Shown: positions 61,740-64,000 of the stretch, piece after piece
How the letters are laid out: the number at the start of each line of letters is the position of its first letter
Position numbering within the stretch: position 1 is the stretch's first letter
Assembly: GCF_009834535.1 (NCBI RefSeq)
Contig: NC_045696.1
Coordinates: 45,696,001 to 45,760,000, forward strand
Reading direction: 5' to 3'
DNA length: 64,000 bases
Source: Camelus ferus
Taxonomy: Eukaryota
The notes under the pieces: generated by a model
Database searches by the model: none
Told to the model about the DNA's origin: nothing
What the model saw: only the letters and a program-made list of their open reading frames with translations
Made by a program: the position numbers and the translations under genes

Positions 61740-62510
61740 TTCTCTCCTGAGCTTCTGAGCCACTCCATTCCCCATGCTGCCTCCTCCACCTTTGGCTGCT
61801 ACTTTGGAGTCTCCTCCTTAGGCCTCCACTGCCTAGACACTACGAGATAGGATTTCTTAAAGCTTGGTCACGGGATGCTTTCTCTCCTCTCTTCCTAAGC
61901 AATCTCAACGATGATTACAGCTCTATTACACCTGGTCTTCTTCTGGTGTCTCTTTCTCATGAATGCGCCACCAGTTATCCCATCAATTTTAACTACTCAG
62001 TAGCTCTAAGAGCTACCCATTCCTTTTCCTTTCAAACTGTCATCACTCAAGTACAAATAGCTCACCCTTACTAACACAATTCACATCCTAACTGTCCTCC
62101 CTGCCTTCTTGTTCTCTCCTGATGAGTTCTCTCTACTGATGCTAGAGTTTTCTTTTCAAAATGTGAATGGATACCATCCCATCATCCTTTAAAAGTTAGA
62201 AAAGACTTTCCATTGTTTTTAGGATTAGAATAAAATTTTAACTTGCCCTTCGGGGCTGTATGGTCTTGCTCTTACTCCTCTAATCTCATCCCACACCAAA
62301 ACCCCACCTTAGACTCTGCCTCAGACACACTGCTTTATTTCAGGTTCTTAACCCTGATGCTCCAGCTCCCACAAGATCTCCACAGAGCTTCTTCCCCACA
62401 CAGCATTCCTTAGCCCAGTAAACTCCTCCTTATTCTTTAGATCTCAGCTCACTGGTCATCCAGTAGGAAACTTTTTCCATTACTCCTCAGATACTCCTAT
62501 ATGTTTATCT
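61740..62510 (+). mobile_element. L2 LINE fragment
   Basis: 'gctagagttttcttttcaaaatgtgaatggataccat...ttaaaa...ttccattgtttttaggattagaataaaa' and 'ttctttagatctcagctca'. Confidence 0.7.
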
Positions 62511-64000
62511 TTGTGGGAAGTTCCAAACTTATCCCAAGGAATTGTAGAAAATGAAACTGACTGAAAATAAATTAATATGTCAGTTTACCAAGTCTGCTTT
62601 GTTTCATCCTCTCATGATTTTTTTTTTAAGTATTTAGCTACTTGGAATTGTTAGGCTTGGAGACTCACTTAATTTCTTGAAGAATCAATTTAATAATCTT
62701 AACCTGAATTGTACTAGATTATATTGAAAAGCCACTTACCTTGTGTCAATGAATTTAGAAGAAAATTCTCATGGTTACCATTTTTATACAAGTAGTGTTT
62801 GTCTGCTGCCAGCCTGCCCTTTTTTTGAGTACTCCAACTTTCTTCTTATTTTTTCAAGTCCACTGAGTGGAACCCCTGGTAATTGACCAAGTTTGGAAAG
62901 AATATATTTTCAATGGTTTTTCTCATTTTTATAATAATTATATGTTACAAATTTTAATCTCCACAACTCATACTACGTTCCCCAGACTCCATATGGATTT
63001 GAGGGAAAAAATATGTTTTAAAAATAAAACCTTTGAGTCTTATCATCAGAAAAATGTCTAGGAATTATAACCTAGGGATAACCTAGGAATTTTAATCTTA
63101 TCCAGACAAGAAAGCCTATTTTATACCTTGTATTTACAATGCCAACCTCAGTGCTAAGTTTGGTATTCAATTTTTTTAAATGTTTTTCCTTGTAATGGAT
63201 GTGGAATATTTTATGAGAATAGTGTTTTGTGGAATATTCTCTAGGAAGGAATTTTATTCAGAAAATGTGAGAATACAAAACATCCTTAGTGTATTATGTG
63301 ATAAAGATTGAGTACATAGCAATCATATTAACAAACATCTCTGAATATGTGAGTACGTCCATGAAAAGTAACAGAAAATTCTAATACAATCAAACAAAAA
63401 ATATCAAAATAAAACAAGAAGGAACACTACACTATGAGATATTATAAAAATAGGAGCAGAATCTGAATAATGCAAGGAATAAAAATGCAGTCTAGAACAG
63501 AGAAAGGACCACAGCAGTCTAAGGGTTTTCATAAATTTCTTAGCAGGAAAAAAAAATGGGGATTATTACAAGAACCACATGTGTATTTGTACTAATTTTC
63601 TCTTCTAATATCTTTTAAGGAGCTCTATTGAGAATCATACTCTTCATCATACACATTTCAGAGTACTGATTCACTTACATTAACAAATCATTTCCTTGTC
63701 TTCTTTATCAAGTTCTAAGCTATAAAAATCCATCCAGATGTTACATAAGATCATCTGGCTTAAGTGGACTAGGCTACTGCAGTCAAAATTCCAGCACTAA
63801 TTGTAGCAAAACAGGCAGCATCATCCCTTAAGGGTTACTGCCTTCTCCTGGCCTATTTTTGTCTGGGGAGGCAATTTCAAGGCAATCTGGATATTTCTCT
63901 GCCGTGTCCATTAAAAAGGGCTATATTGTAGAACTTGTGGAGTAGTTCTACAGTGCTGAAAATCAGTAATAAAATTTTCACCTTTCTTCTTAGTCATGTA

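Overview
AT-rich, CpG-depleted mammalian genomic DNA. Two tRNA-derived SINEs of the camelid Vic-1 type (7700-7845, 57761-57935) and artiodactyl-type L1/Tigger elements point to a camelid (alpaca, llama or camel). I recognise no protein-coding exon, RNA gene or CpG island, so the window reads as a large intron or intergenic region. It is dominated by interspersed repeats (L1, L2, MIR, MaLR/ERVL/ERV1 LTRs, hAT, Tigger and mariner DNA elements) and microsatellites. The only recognisable protein homology is to decayed retroelement genes: ERVL pol at about 9.8-12.45 kb and L1 ORF1/ORF2 at about 47-52 kb. The more interesting observations are a two-LTR, gag-deleted ERVL provirus with nested insertions, a probable L1 3' transduction, an L1 insertion that removed part of a MaLR LTR, a probable AmnSINE1-type relic in repeat-free sequence, two enhancer-like motif clusters, and several unverified splice-site-bounded candidate exons. 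I found no evidence of a new biological system. Repeat family names come from recalled consensus sequences, not from a database search, and most repeat boundaries are approximate.
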